DNA of 64,000 nt, taken from NCBI RefSeq assembly GCF_009914755.1, contig NC_060933.1; one strand, 5' to 3'. Below the pieces are notes generated by a model. That model did not search any database, was not told where the DNA came from, and saw nothing but the letters and a program-made list of their open reading frames with translations. The translations under genes were made by a program, and so were the position numbers. The first letter of the stretch is position 1. Each line of letters starts with the position of its first letter. Origin of the DNA: the human T2T-CHM13v2.0 reference genome, Homo sapiens. Positions 1-21,061 of this stretch are shown here, piece by piece.

Positions 1-169
1 TGCCATCAAGATCTTTTATATATAATTTTATATTTATAGAAATTTTGTTGAATCATTTTCAGGGAAACTACGAAAATGCTTCTTAGCTTCTTTCAGGGTT
101 CAACATATTATAAAGAAGAAAAAACCCTGAGTTCGACAAAATGATTTTTATTTATTTTTTATTTAAATT

Positions 170-628
<459 letters not shown>

Positions 629-2086
629 ATAATTCAACAAAATTGTTCTTAAATGAATTATATATTCTACTCTAAACAGCCAGGTTGTTTTTCACATTTT
701 GGTGCAGAGGGACTTTAGGGGTAGCTGTACTTCCTGGTGTTTGTAAGCTGTCCCCTAAAAACACAGACAAGGAGGCAATAAGCGCCACCAGAAATTAACT
801 GGAAACTAAACCTCAAAGAATCTGGGTGAATTACCCATGTACAAATTTATTATGACCATTCCATTCTGGGAAACAAGTATATTTGGATCAAACTTTTTCT
901 GTATTAGATTCCTAGAAAAATAAGCTCAATATTTCATAAGTTTTCAAAGCAACAAATCTACAATAAAGTATCACATTATGAAAGCTCAATAAGATGTAGT
1001 GACTAATTTTAAAAATACTAATATTTGAAACACTCACTTGGAAGAAGGATGCTGATCACACTGTAAAAAGTAGAAGGTGACTTTTTTTTTTTGAGTGAAA
1101 CAGGAGTGCTTTATGGTCTGAGAGGAGTGTTTGGGAGGAGTGCCTCCCGGCTCCCACCTGTGGGCTCACCCGAGCGGGGGTGCAGCTGAGGCCACTGTGG
1201 GAAACAGAACCCCCCACTCCCAGGAGAGGCCTCACATGCTGCCTTCGGTTTCTTGTCAGCCTTGCCTAGCGTGGGGCCTGGGCCACCCTTTAGGGTGGGT
1301 CTGCACACCGTGTGCAGGGCTCCCGGCTGGAAGCGGAGCCATAGGCATGCTGCGGCCCTGGGTGAGCGTGGAGGGCAAGAAGGTGCTGGGGCAGTGCGCA
1401 CCCCACAGCCAAGCAGGGCCCTCCTGGGCCTCAGTCACATCCCTGAGAAACACTGGAGACTGGCGGCTCTGTCCCGAGAGGGCCAGGGTGTCCACCGAGC
1501 CTGGCTGAAGCCAGCTGTCCCCTCCAGAAGGTGACTTAACTACTGTATTTCTTTGGCTCATTAAAATAACCAACCTGCTTTGAGGGCGTGAGTCCACCTT
1601 AACTTTCAGCCTTAAAAAGGACCCTTATCTAATCCAAGTCAACCCTCTGCAATCAGATGCCTGGAAAACTTCTTTGTACTGAAATTCCTGTTACTGCTTC
1701 AGAGTTACTCCTGTTACTACCTTAGAATGAAAAAGTTAATCTTAGTAACCTAGGAATGACATAAGAATGAAGGGAAGAATATCAAGTATTCATTGGAATC
1801 TTTTTACCTCTTAGCAATTTCAAAATGGTGCTATCCAAAACAGTGCTATTCAATAGAAATAAAATGTCAGCTGTACCCGGAAATTAAAAATTTTCTAATA
1901 GCCACATTGAATTAAGTAAAAAGAAACAGGTTGGGCAAAAGATTTGCAAAGACATCTCCCTAAAGTAGACATAAATGGCCAATATGTACATGAAAGATGC
2001 TCAACCTCATTAGTCACTAGTGAAATGCAAATCAAAATGAGAAGATACCACTTCACATCTATCAGTATGGCTATAATTTTTAAAAA

Positions 2087-2690
<604 letters not shown>

Positions 2691-3206
2691 GAAAATAACA
2701 AGTGTTGACAAGAATGTGGAAAAGCTGGAGAGAAACTAGAACCCCCCCCCAATACACAGTGGCTAAGAATGTAAAATGCAATCCCTGTGAAAGTCTGTCA
2801 GTTTCTCAAAAAGTTCAACACAGAGCTACCATATGACCCAACAATCCCACTTGTAGGTGTACACCCAAGAGAAAGAAGACATATCCCCACTGGAAAACCT
2901 GTCCACAAATGCTCACAGCAGAATTATTCATGAAGGCCAAAAAGTGGTAACAATCCAAATGTCCGTCAACAGGCGAACAGATAAAGCAAACATGGTATAT
3001 CCACCTAAGGGACTATCGTTCAGCCATAGGAGAGAAGTATTACCGACACATGCTACAACACGGATGAGGCTTGGAAACATTACACTAAGCGAAAGAAGCC
3101 AGACACAAAACAAAGGCCACGTACTGCATGATTCTATACTACATGATACGTCCAGAATAGGCAGATCTCTAGAGACAGAAAGCAGGTTAGTGGTTGCCAG
3201 GGGCTA

Positions 3207-3585
<379 letters not shown>

Positions 3586-4243
3586 GTTTTGGAATCAGTG
3601 GTTATAGTTGCATGGCATTGTGAACATACCCAAACCACTGAGATGTATGATACATTAAAAAAATGGCTAAAATAATGAATTGTATGTTATGTGAATTTTA
3701 TCCCAACTTTAAAAATAAGAAACAGGTGAAATTAATATTTTATTTACCCTAATGTATCCCAATTATCATTGCAAGATGTATTCCACATAAAAATTATTGA
3801 GAAATTTGGCATTTTCACACTCAATCTTTGCACTCCAGCATATCTTACACTTGTAGGACATCTCAGCTGGGACATGCTAAGTGCTCACAGCCACCTGCAG
3901 CTAGGGACAGCAAGTTCCAGAGGAATAAGAAGGTGGGGGCAAAGAGGGAGACAGAGAAGGGGAGGGAGACAGGGAAAGCGGGGAGAGGGAAGGAGAGAGA
4001 GGCAGAGACTTGCAAACAAGTCATTTATGGCATCCTGCTAAGATTACACACTCACACACTCATTCACACACACAAACAACAAGACAAGCAGTGACTCCCA
4101 AATGCTTCATGCCTACAGCCACCACTGAGCCAAATGGTGGGTCGCTGGATGCATGTTCCCATAGGGACAAGGGCACAAAGTGATGAGGAAACTAGTCCAG
4201 TCCACAAGCCCCTAAAGATGACATGATTATGTTTTGTGGGTTA

Positions 4244-4770
<527 letters not shown>

Positions 4771-6025
4771 TCACTGGGTCACTCTGTCTACCTTTTCATG
4801 TTTACGGTTTTCTACAATCAGCCAACACACACAGGCACACATAAGCTTGCCACATTGATAATTAAATCTGCCAAGTACAATTTTTTAAAAATCTTAACTT
4901 CAAGGCTGGTTTTAGAGGAAAAGAAAGGTGAATTAGAAGATGCTGAGATAAACCTGTTGTCTGGAGAAATTTGAGGTAGATTCAAGAACTTTTAGAAGGG
5001 CAGGTCTTTGCTGCAGTATTTCTCATTTGTAATTTCACTCCTAAAATTAAGCAATTTTCTTTTCATAGTATAGCTCCATCAACAATTATCAACTATGACA
5101 AATGGCCTTCGAAGCTCACTAATGAGGATAAAGGGAGGAAAAAGAAAAGAAAAACGAGTAACAGAGAAAGAGGGCAGCAGAGGGAAGACCGGGATGGGAG
5201 AGATTTTCTTGAAGACCTGAGACTGTGGCATCCGGTTTGGGATCTGCTGCTAATTTGCTCCTTGACTTTGGACGCTTCGTTTAACTTCTCTGTGCCTCTG
5301 TTTCCCCAAAGTGGAACCTAAGCAGGGTGGCCTGCTGAGTTTTATTTAAAGGGGCACCTTACAGACACCTCAAGTGGGAACCCAAATATGGGGGCATGGG
5401 TCAGAGTGTGAATGAGTGTCTGTGAGTGTGAGTTGAACTGAGTGTGAGAATACCAACAGGAGGAGAGGAGTGGCTAAAGGTTTAGGGGATAGAGTCAAAT
5501 GTCAGCGTAAATGGTAGGATCCTGGTCAGAGAGCAGCTGAGGAGGCTTCAGGGCAGGGGACCCTGATGGGCAGAAAGGCGGGTCTGGACCTGCAGCTATG
5601 GGACAGTGTGCACAAGTCACCAAGTTTAAATGGAAGGGCGTCGGGAGATTAAGTGTAACTTTCTACAAAGCTTCAGAAAACACCATCTATCCAGGAAAAC
5701 ACATAGGACACACAGACACAGTTGCTACACGCCCAGAATAGCTCCTGCCAACACATCCCTGTGTTGTCACAGGGAAGGTAACATCCTCCCACCCCATCCA
5801 CCTTGCAGCTTGGCGGGTGTGGGAAAGCACCTCGCTGGGAGAGTGCAGGATGCTCCCAGGACCCGCCCTGGGGTCACCCGGGTGCCCAGCTTGGCAGAAC
5901 AAGGTCCATGAGGTGTGGTGGCCATTACAGACATAAGCACAGGGTTGATGGCGAGGGGGCCTGAACCCAAGACTGGCTCACACCCTCCCCCAGCATCTCC
6001 TGCACAGGGCACACTGCAGGTGCTT

Positions 6026-6380
6026 TGGGGAGGGAGGAGAGAGGATGGGGAGGAGGGGAAGGGGAGGAAGGAGAGAGCAAAGGATGGTGAGGAGAGGGAG
6101 AGAAAGGAGGACAGAGGGAAGGGAGGACGGGGGAGGAGGGAGGAAGAGGAGGAGGGAGAATGGAGGGAGAGGAGGAGGGAAGAAAAGAGGACAGAGTAGG
6201 ATGGAGGAAAGGGATGGAAGGAAGAGGAGAGAGACAGGGTCTGGAGGGGAGGAGGGCAAGAGGAGGATGGAGGGAGGAAAAGGACAAAGGAAGGGAGAGG
6301 GGTGGAGGGACAGAAAGGAAGAGGAAGGATGGAGGGAGGGGAGGCAGGAGGAAGGAAAAAGGAGGAGAAGCAAACGGGGG
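6026..6380 (+). repeat. Polypurine GA-rich low-complexity tract
   Basis: About 350 nt of almost only G and A (ggagg/gaggga motifs). Confidence 0.9.
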
Positions 6381-9300
6381 GGGCTGCCCTTGCCTCTGAG
6401 AACCTGCTACACTGTCTCCTTTGGTAGCAGCCTGCCCCTGTGCCTCTAACCTACACGTGACTTGGGTCAAATAAAACTTCCAGGAGGATCCAAACCTGAA
6501 GGACAGTGGGAACCCCAGAATGCACTTTGAGGCTTCTCTAGCAGTGGACGAGCGCCTGTCTTCTTAGTCCCTGACCCTGGATCTTTCTGAAGGTCTCCTC
6601 ATCACCCAGCTGCCAGGGAACCTGGCTGCCCCTGAAGCAGCTCACACTGGTCTGTCCCCTCTGCAGCACCACCCATGCTGCCCCTCAGCTCTTCCCGCTG
6701 CTCTCACTCCTGAACACTTAAGGAGATGGCAGGGGAGGAGCTGCCGAACCAGAGGAGCACCCCACACACTGCCAACAGGGCTTGACCCAGGAGCGGGGGC
6801 TTGAAAAGCTCCAGCTCCGTTTTTAGAGGAAGAAGAATGCCGGATTACAACACAGCACCAGCAATCTGGATATTCGTTCCCTGGCTGTTCTTTAACCAGC
6901 CAGGAAATGCCCTGTGCAAGGGCTGGAGGCCTGGGGCTGCAGACTCCCAATCTCAATGGGCACCCCAGGGCTGAGCCACCTGAGGGCATTGGGGGTTTCC
7001 ATTTTCAAACGGGAATCCTAGCAGCTTCCCTGCTCCCACCTGCGGAAGAGGAGACACTTTTGTACATTCTGACTTTCTGCAGACAGGTAAAAAGGCGTAC
7101 ACAGACCTTTGGGGATGAAAGAGAAACTAAAACTGAACCAAGTGTACAGGTTACAGCGTCACAGTCAAGGCACCTAACAGACCCTACTTACTGTTTGTTC
7201 TTAAACATGAATGACTGCAGATCCCTGCCAGAGACGGTAAGTGAAAAAACAGCTACCTCCTATTTTCTTTACGTATTTCCCATCAAACGCCTGTCTTGGG
7301 TTGGGTTAAGAATTACAGAAGGTAAACGGAGTCAATTCCAAGTCACTCAAGCAATTTTCTGTGTGAAGAGAGAACAAGACAAAAGCCAACCACAACAGCA
7401 AAACCCAAAGCCTCCGTTACGCCTTCTATGGCAATCAAACACGCCAACGCTCTTTCTAGTGTGTATGAAGCCAAGGCCAAGAGCGAGGACACCTGCAGGA
7501 TTTGGTTCTGTCCCATTAGGAACAGAGATCAATGCACATGAAATCCATGCCTCGTCTGGTCAGCCGCTAACCATCGTGGGCAACCTCACATTGCACGACA
7601 ATGCTTTCCATGTGGAACTTGTCCATGGCATGTTTAAAAATCAAACCACGTCCTGAATCAAATAGGCATCTGAGTCTTCTCCTGAGGTCCAGGACATCCC
7701 ATGACAGGCTCAGGCCCCTCCCTGGAGGTGGGAGGTGAGGACCCAGCACTAGGACACCCACTGAGGCACAGTCTGCAGTGAAGGACATCTACCTGAATGG
7801 CATGTTTGCTGCTTCTCCTACAAATGTATTTTTAAGTGTGGGAAGCAAATTACTTGAGTTTAATTATAAACCTGTATTTGAAGGTTGAATCCAATTGACA
7901 AACTGGAGAATTTCCAATCTAAAAAGACTAGAAGTCTTCTGAGACAAACACTTTTATTTTCAGGGCAGCAAATTTTCAATGGATTTTACTGACCTGCTTC
8001 CATTCTGCTCAATTCACACTTTCCCGCACCTATCCCATCTGTCACGGGGCCTGTTGATCCCTCCTCTTGGCTGCCTCCCAAATCTGCTCACTTTGCAGAG
8101 CTCATCCTACTCCTGCCCAAATTCAGTGCAACATCACTTTTTACTCCAAGTATTTCAAGAGCTGCCTCACTGTGCTGCCTCCTCTCTGCCCTGCTCCCCA
8201 CCCAGCCCTCTCCCCACATGGCCAGGGCCTGCCTTTTAAATCCCACATCTGACCACACTGCTCCATCACAGCTTAAACCCTATGACGGCTTCCCCGGTCT
8301 TGAACTCAAGTCCAAACTCCTTCAAACTCAAGTCCAAACTCCTGCACCCCAACATCACACTCTGCTCGGGCCCAGCCACTCGCAGTTCCCTAGGCACCCT
8401 TCCAGGTTAGACACTGTGGGGGACAGCGCTGCTGACTCCCATGGCCCTTGAGCCGCCTGCCTGGTGGGGGATGCAGCAGATCGGCTCCTCCACGTCGGTT
8501 CCACACGCCTTTTGCTGTGCTTTCCTGAACCACAAAGGCTCGGAAGCTAAAATGCACCTTCCAGACTCATTTCCAGTGGGATTCTGCCTCCAATCAGATG
8601 CACTTACTGGAGGCTAGAATGTGGAACAGAGTGAGGGTGTGGGAGGTGCAGAACAGAGAAAGTGGGGTGCCCCTGACTCTGGGCCTACACTGCAGCAGAA
8701 CCCCGCTGGTCTCACGCTCTACGCTGGGCACAGGGGCAGGTCCTGAGATAGTGCCTGAGAGCCACCCCACCTCAATGCAGGCCCTTCCCACAGCTTACAG
8801 TATCTATTTCCCTGTATCAAATCCTTCCTGCTTAAAATATCTGGGTGGTTTCTCTGTCTACACTGACCCCACTACACTCACTTCCTCATCTTTGTCCAGC
8901 ACTCAATGGTAAATGTGCAATGAACACAGCCTCCCCACCACTGGGCACAGGCCAGGGCAGAACAGAACAAATACTGAACGGACTGACAGAACTGGACCCG
9001 GAAAATCGGTGAGAATAAAAACAGAAAAGCTGCTCTAGAACTCTGGATTCATCAATCACAGCGATTAAAGGTGATAAAAATCAAAGACACCACTTTTATC
9101 TGCACAAGATCGCTTTGGTTCCCCCAGAAGACAATCATTACATTCGCAGGTGCACAAGCAAAGCTGGCCCAGAGAGAAGACACCAGAACCCTCTGAGAAT
9201 TGCATCTGGCCACAGGAGAATGCAGTCTGGTGGGGCCAGTGTGACGAGCAGACCTGGCAGCCCCCGGCAGCCCCACGCCGGCCACTCTCAGGTGCCGGGA

Positions 9301-9406
9301 GCCTTCCATGACCTCTCTGGCTCTCACTCTCTTCCCCTCTGTCTCAAGCGACAAGAATGACTGTCTCCTAAAGAAATGAAGTTAGAAATTAAATATGTTC
9401 ATGTCG

Positions 9407-9706
<300 letters not shown>

Positions 9707-10532
9707 TCATGTTACAAAAGCACTCTGAAACTCTCAAGTAGGACCAATGACCAGACTTGTTAATTATTTTCTTTTGAAGAGGCAAAATCTTTCAGCAAAA
9801 GTCACTCATAAACAAATGCTGTTGTATTTGAGGGAAGTGACCCCATCCCAGGCTCAGAAGACACTCAAGAACGCACTCCATGAACCAGCTCTTTACAAGA
9901 GAAAAGCACTGTAAACACCTCAGAGCCTCCTCGTACCCCAAGTTACTGTGCAAGAGGAGAAACCGGGCAGCTCCCTGAAACCACCTGGACATGGGTACAG
10001 GTCACACAGGCAAGCATGACAACAGTGAGGCTGAGCGCCCCCTGCACTTTCCCACTGCCTCTTTAAGCTTTTCTTCTTCTGGACACAAAACGATAAGCAA
10101 GTCACCAACACCTCTGTTCTTCCACTCAGCAATCTTTTTGTTTTAACTCAGTTGCTCCCCTTCAGGAAAGATACAAGAACTCTATTTTCATGACAAAGGA
10201 ACTGTTGCTAAAACATTACCTTTGCACCTCTGCAATATTAATGCACATATTTTAACAAATAAGTAAAAAGTATAAATGTCAAAGTGGATGTGCAGCTGCG
10301 AGAAACCAGCCGAGCGAGAATGTTACAAGTGCAAATGCTGAAAATGAAGCTATTTGTGACTGAACTTTTGGCAAGCAAAAATGAACACAATAGCAGGAAG
10401 ATGTGCCTTTCCCTTCACGAAGTGCTAGTAAGTAATTCAGGGTCTCCCAGACTCTTCCCCAAGCATTTCAGAGGGCAGGTGATGCCACCCCCAAGCCTTT
10501 GTGGCCACTACTGGCCACTGAACAGCAGTTAG

Positions 10533-10899
<367 letters not shown>

Positions 10900-11125
10900 T
10901 AACAACATAAAAGAATGAATTAAACCACTCTGTGCCCTCCTTAGGAGAGAATGCACACCTTTACAAGTGAATCTCCATTGGCTTCTACCAAAAACTAAAA
11001 CCCAAGTATCTGTTTCTAGTTAGGCCCCTTAAAAACCTGTTTTATATGTACACATATATGAATCTGTAAAAAAGAAAACAGTATTTCACTGGTGGTTGCG
11101 TGAAGATTATTTCTATGCACACGAA

Positions 11126-12410
<1,285 letters not shown>

Positions 12411-13513
12411 CACGTGTGTCTAAATTCACCAGAACCAAACGTATGCTTTGTGTTCAAAACATAGTTACCAGTCCCAACTGGGTATCAGGGAAGTCTACAG
12501 AAGCTCCCTTCTGCAAATAGGTATGCAGAGTCCTCTTGTCTGCAATTATACCTCTCAGTGTCTACTTACAAAGTGGTTGCCTCAACTAAGATAGTAAGGT
12601 ACAATAAGCCAACAATGTCTGGGTTTTTTTTTTTTAACAATATGCAAAAGCCAGAAATGGCTAAACGTTTTATCATTTAAAGAACCCCACTTATATTCTA
12701 CAATTTTCATGGCATACCTACATTTATAAAGTATTATAAGTATATTATTAAGTAGTAACTAATAAAAGCTTACATGTAATCTCTATTTTTTTTTTTTAAA
12801 GAAAGGGAGTGGAGAGTTCTCAATAGCTAATTTCTGAGTGAGAACTACAGGTGAATTTTTCTTTTTTGTTTTCAAATTTGCTTATAACATTATTTTAATT
12901 AAGGAAAAGCCAACTTTTTTGGAAAGTTACTTAACATACACAATCATTGCAAAAGGCGGCTTAATATCCTTTCTTATACACAGAAAAGGAAGTGTGGTGC
13001 TTCTACTAAGTTACATAAATTCTCATGAACTTGCACAACTGCACTGATGCAGTCAAACCATCTTCACCACACCTACTACTGCAACAGACAGGGAGGCAAA
13101 AAAGAAAGGAAACGGAAATGGCAGCTCAATCCCCAAGAACTGAGTCTCACTCATCTGAAGTATTTACTCTCGAATGAGCACAGTCTGCAGGATTTGGTTC
13201 AGATTAACGAGACATAATCTAATTAACCCATTAATACTCTAGCCAGTGGACGGATTCCTCCTGTGTGAGGTTCCTCCTCTCATCCAGTGGGCTATGGGTG
13301 TGGGGTCGTTAAAATGGAACACACATGGCCACCTAGCCTTCCACATGGGCAGAGGGTTAGCTGAGGCCAGCAATGACACCTGCCATTTTACATCTTTATC
13401 TCGCAACACTCTTCCCAACTTAGGTGGGACCTGTCACACCTCCACATTCCTTTTCTAATCCTCTGACTGCACTGAAATGCTGTCCTTCTACCCTTCTCTA
13501 AATCCCATTTTAG

Positions 13514-15346
<1,833 letters not shown>

Positions 15347-16346
15347 GCAATAATAGTTTCATAACGCAACAGTTAACATATACAATAACACTCTAATATT
15401 TTTAGTTTTTTAAGACGTGGGTCATTATCCACTAAATTATTAAGCATAGCTCACTAAACGGTCCCAAACTGTAGTTGGCAAACACTGCAAGCTTGGAAAA
15501 CCCCCAGGTGCCTGAGCAGCACTGTATGAGTATACTCACTGTACCTTCTCTCAAGGAGTAAAAAACTAGAAACAAAGGCTTACAATAAGGAGTGGGTAAA
15601 TAAACTGGGGTATATTTATACAAAGAAAGAGGGTACAGCAGTCAGAAAGAATGAACTAAATCTATCAAATCAATAAAGACCTCAAAAACAATGGTGACTA
15701 CAAAAAGCAAGTTATAAAATGATAGCGACCAAACATATACATTAAAACCAGAGAAAAAATATACATGTTGTTTTTGAACGTGTATAGTAATAGTTCAGAA
15801 ATATAAGCTACAAAGACAATCATTAACATTCACAACAGTGGTTGTACAGGCAGGAGGGAAAGGAGAGAAGAGACGGAGAAGGGGAACATAGAGAACCTTG
15901 ACTGTATTTATGATGTTTTTTGCTTTAAATAATATCTGGGTGAGGGGCACGCAGGTGTGAGCTTATTATTCATCTGACCTCTCTGCATGTCCAGCTATTT
16001 CATAAGAAAACCATTCTATGTCTCATTATGTCACCATCACACAGCTGTTGAGAAGCTCATGCAATGTCTTACACTTGCCCACCCACCCTGGGTGACATTC
16101 TAAGGGGTGTCTGAGCAAGCCTGTCTCAGTGCTGAGGACCTCGAGATCCACGTATACACAAATCCTGGGTGAGATGGCTATTCTGGGAAAAAAGCAGTGA
16201 TGAGTAAGTTTCCAATCTGGCACAGCTTTGAAAAATGTTCAAGGATTCCAGTAAATGTGGGTAAAGATGAAAGAAATCCCTCAGAAAAACAAGCATTAAC
16301 TCAATTACTTTGTAACAGCTCTATCAAATTACATTTAGATGAATTA

Positions 16347-16690
16347 CAGTCATGCATTGCTTAATGATGGGGATAGGCTCTGAGAAATGCATCATTATGA
16401 GATTTTGTCTTTGTGTAACCATCATAGAATGCACTTATACAAACCTGGATATTATAGCCTACTGTACACCTAGGCTGTATGCTACAGCCTAATGCTCCCA
16501 GGCTACAAACCTGTACAGCATGGGACTGTACTGAATACTGCAGGCCTTGTAACACAGTGGTAAGTATTTGTGTATCTAAACACAGAAAAGATACAGTAAA
16601 AGTAGTAAGTATTTGTGTATCTGAACATAGAAAAGATTAGAATTTGATGGGTCCATAATTGACCAAAACATCACATGTGGCGCATGACTG
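16347..16690. mobile_element. Tigger3-type non-autonomous DNA transposon
   Basis: Terminal inverted repeats cagtcatgc...gcatgactg, with TA on the left. Internal duplication of taagtatttgtgtatct. Confidence 0.75.
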
Positions 16691-18581
16691 CATACATCTT
16701 AATTACAATGCCCTTTAATTTTTAAATCACTTCACTGAAGAAGGGTAAAAAGGAAACTGAAAAAAAGATAACCTTGACAATGCATTTTTATTTTTAAAAG
16801 TGTAATTCTGCAAAACACTTGATCTCAATCACCGGTTTCTAGATCAGCTAGCTGCATCACAGTGGTCTGGAAGTTTAGAAAAAAAAAAAAGTACATGTAT
16901 GAATATGTGTATGTTTATATATATGTGAGATATTTTTAAAAATTCTATATTCTGAGCCCAAACATCCAGAGAGTCTGATCTAGTGTATATTTTTAATCTG
17001 TATTTTGTTCATAAGCTCGCAGGTGGTTATCACGAGCAGCCAGGTGAGGACGGATTGCTCTGAAACAACTTCCATAACAAATAAGATCAAAACCCCAAGC
17101 TGGGGTGTAAACAAAAGCTGATTTGATAAGCTGAACAGATCATTCTGCATCAGAACACCAGCAAGCTGCAGAGACTTACTTTCAGGGGGGTGCACAACTC
17201 CCCAGGTTGAAGGTGATTTCATCTTCTATTGCCCAATTGCCCACACTGCTCCCGAACCTTACAGAGAAGGGGGAAAGGCACCAAGGAACCACAGGAGACT
17301 CAGACTCTGCCCTCCGCTCCACTGAGGAACATGGCTCCCTATGACTCAGAGGCCCAAACAAGGTTTTCCCCAGCATTCTGCCAACCACACAAACCCGTGC
17401 TGTCCAATGTGACCATTATTTGGCTATTTACATTTAAGTTCGATAAAATTAAATAAAATTCAGTTCTTCAGTCCCACTAGCCACATTTCAGGTATTCATT
17501 AGACTCATGTGGCTGGTGGCTACTGTACTATAAACATTTCTGCCATCATAGAAAATTCTATCAGACAGGGCCTACCCAAAGCAGTAATTTCATTATGAAC
17601 AGGTGTTTGTTCACATTTTCCCTGATGACAGGTTTGGTTTCCAAGCTTTTGTCCAGCCCCCAACTTGAGGGATATAACACCTACCCAGAGTGACAGTGAC
17701 TGCTTGAGGTGAGGAACGCTGGCAGAGACAGGCAGGGAAATCTCTAGGTCAGGTGTCATTTGCAAACCACCCCCAGCCACAGGTCCCCACACCCCAGCTC
17801 CTCCCATGGCTGAGAATCACCATGGTTCTTTAAAATTTTTTTAAGGAGACTTGTTCCAGTTCTAACCACAAATGCTAACCTTCTAAGATTTAAAAAAAAA
17901 AAAAAAAAAAGACAGACAATGTATAAAAAAGTATTTAGGTGAAGGATAAGCCCATCCATGTAGCCAAAATAGAGCTAGTTAGAACACAGCAGTCTTTGGA
18001 AGCAAGGAGATCTAAAGAAGATGTTTTTAAAGTTTCTACTGTGAAGTCTTTAATGCAGACAAAGGTAAACAAGCTAGCATGCTGAACTCCCATGTACCCA
18101 TCACCAGCTTCAGCACTGACCAACTCAAGCCCATCTGGTTTCCTCTATCCCCCTTCCCCTCCACCTTGGCGCCCTTCAGGTGCGGGCAGCCAAGAAGTTG
18201 TGTCTGCACTGAAGGAAGGCGGCGGCCAGTGTGCAGGGGTGGAGGCTGGCCTGGGGGCTCTCTAGGGTCTAGGTGTCATCCTGGTGACAGCTGCTAACTC
18301 TCTGAGCTTCCATTCACTAATAATATGAGCCCCTATCTCGTCAGACTGCTGGGAGGAATTAATGAAACAGTCCCTGTGAAATGCTCAGCCTCACGTCTGG
18401 CCAAGCACAGGCTCAGAAAACGTTCACTCCTGTGGCTGGTGTGGTGCCTGTCATCGTTCTCCTTCCATAGCCCCACCACACTGCTTGCTCTTGGTTCCAC
18501 CTCCCTCAGTGTCTTCCTAACTCTTTTTAAAGCTAGCACAATTTGGTTTCATGGTTTCAATTTGGGAAGAAAAAAAAAATC

Positions 18582-18934
18582 TGCTACGGTCTGAGTGTGG
18601 GTGTCCTTCAAAATCCACACATTGAAACCAAATCACCAAATACCAAATGGAGGCGATAATGTTAGGAGCCGAGACCTCTGGGAGAGTCAAGCCCTCATAC
18701 ATGGGATTAGTGCCATAAAAGAGGCCCCAGAGAGCTGCCTTGCCCCTTCCACCAGGCAAGGACACCGCAAGAAGAAGGCATCCATGAACCTGGAAGTGGG
18801 CCCTCACCAGATGAATCTGCCCCGTCTTGATCTCTGACTTCCCAGCCTCCAGACCTGTGAGAATAAATACTTGTTGTTTATACGCTGCTCAGTTTATGAT
18901 ATTTTGTTATAGCAGCCTTAAACAGACTAAGACA
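18582..18934 (+). mobile_element. MLT1A-like solo LTR
   Basis: tgctacggtctg...gactaagaca termini, AATAAA, and a 5-bp TSD aaatc/aagtc. Confidence 0.8.
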
Positions 18935-19685
18935 AAGTCCATACAGAAAGAGATAACATTATCACCGCTGCTGCGGTGGCTTACGACTGCGCCCACCACT
19001 GCTGCTGTGATCATGGCCTCGACTGCCGTTGGTACAATTAGGTGTAATAATACCAACCACCAGCTGCTGAGCTTTCATTCTAGGTTGAGCACTGGGTTAA
19101 ACGCTTTATAAATATTATCTCATTCAATCCTCACAGGCACCCTGTGAGATTCCTTTCTCATTTCCACTTGACAGTTGAGAAAACAGATCCAGAGAATTTA
19201 AGTGACTTGCCTAAAATCACACAGCTGAGGAAACTTTAAACCCGGGTCTGCCTGACTCACAAGTTCCATGCCTCCTACCACCAAACCACAGCTAAAATCC
19301 TCCTGCAGCTAAGGTTTGATGTGAGAACCCACCCTTGCTCACCAAAATGAAAAGACATTTATATCGCATATTCTAAAAGAGAAAAACTGTGGAAACAGAT
19401 TCTCTTTTCAAATAACTACTTGATGCTCTTTTTTTTCTTTTTCTTTTTGAGAGATGAGGTTAAAGGGGATTTCAGGAGCACAAAAAGCATATCTCACCAG
19501 TAAGAAAAGGGAAGAAACATAAAGAAGCACTTTATTACAACAACATTATGCACAATTCCCAGAGAAGAAATATGAGCTTGCAAATATAGGAAAGTACTCT
19601 GCAAATTAAACAACAAAAAAAGTACTTCTTGAATTTTAAATCAGTTATGCGAGAAAAGTCTGAGTCCCTTCCTGGAAATAATTCA

Positions 19686-20522
<837 letters not shown>

Positions 20523-21061
20523 GACACATAAAGCTTAGATATTTTAATTAGCAGGAAGGCCCCTTTAAATCTACGCAGGATTTGTTGGTTTTTTTCCTAG
20601 CTTAAAAGCCAGGGTGCAGTCCCCTACTTTCTCTGTTAGTATTTAGTAGAGTCTGCCTCTCCTCTCCTCCATTAGATACTTGGAGGGCACAAATATTATT
20701 TTTCTCTGAGATATAAGCACCTGGCATAGGCCTGGCACAGAGTAGGTATTTAATACATGTTTGTGGAAAGTGGGAAGAAAAAAACCAATAGGAGAAAACA
20801 AAAAGCCAATAGGAGGATGAATCTGAAATTGTTCTTCTGCATTTCTCCTGTTTATTACCACTGCAAAAGGCTTCACCGCAAGCCCAGCCAGGGACTTGGA
20901 GGGGAAAGGGAGAGAATGCCCAAAGCTTGATCAATAGGCTCTTTCCACATAATTACATAAATCTAAACCCAGCCGCTTGCTCATCCTCCCGCCAAGAAGA
21001 AACAGACAATGTAGACACCATCCCTTAGAAAAGAACTGAGAGGAAACAAAGCAGGCCTTGC

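Noticed and set aside
5925-6470. Pro/Ser/Leu- and Arg/Gly/Glu-rich ORFs
   Set aside because: Artefacts of the polypurine tract.
6907-7656. 249-aa plus-strand ORF
   Set aside because: No recognisable domain or gene structure, and antisense within a GOLM1 intron. Likely chance, though a PhyloCSF/Ribo-seq check would settle it.
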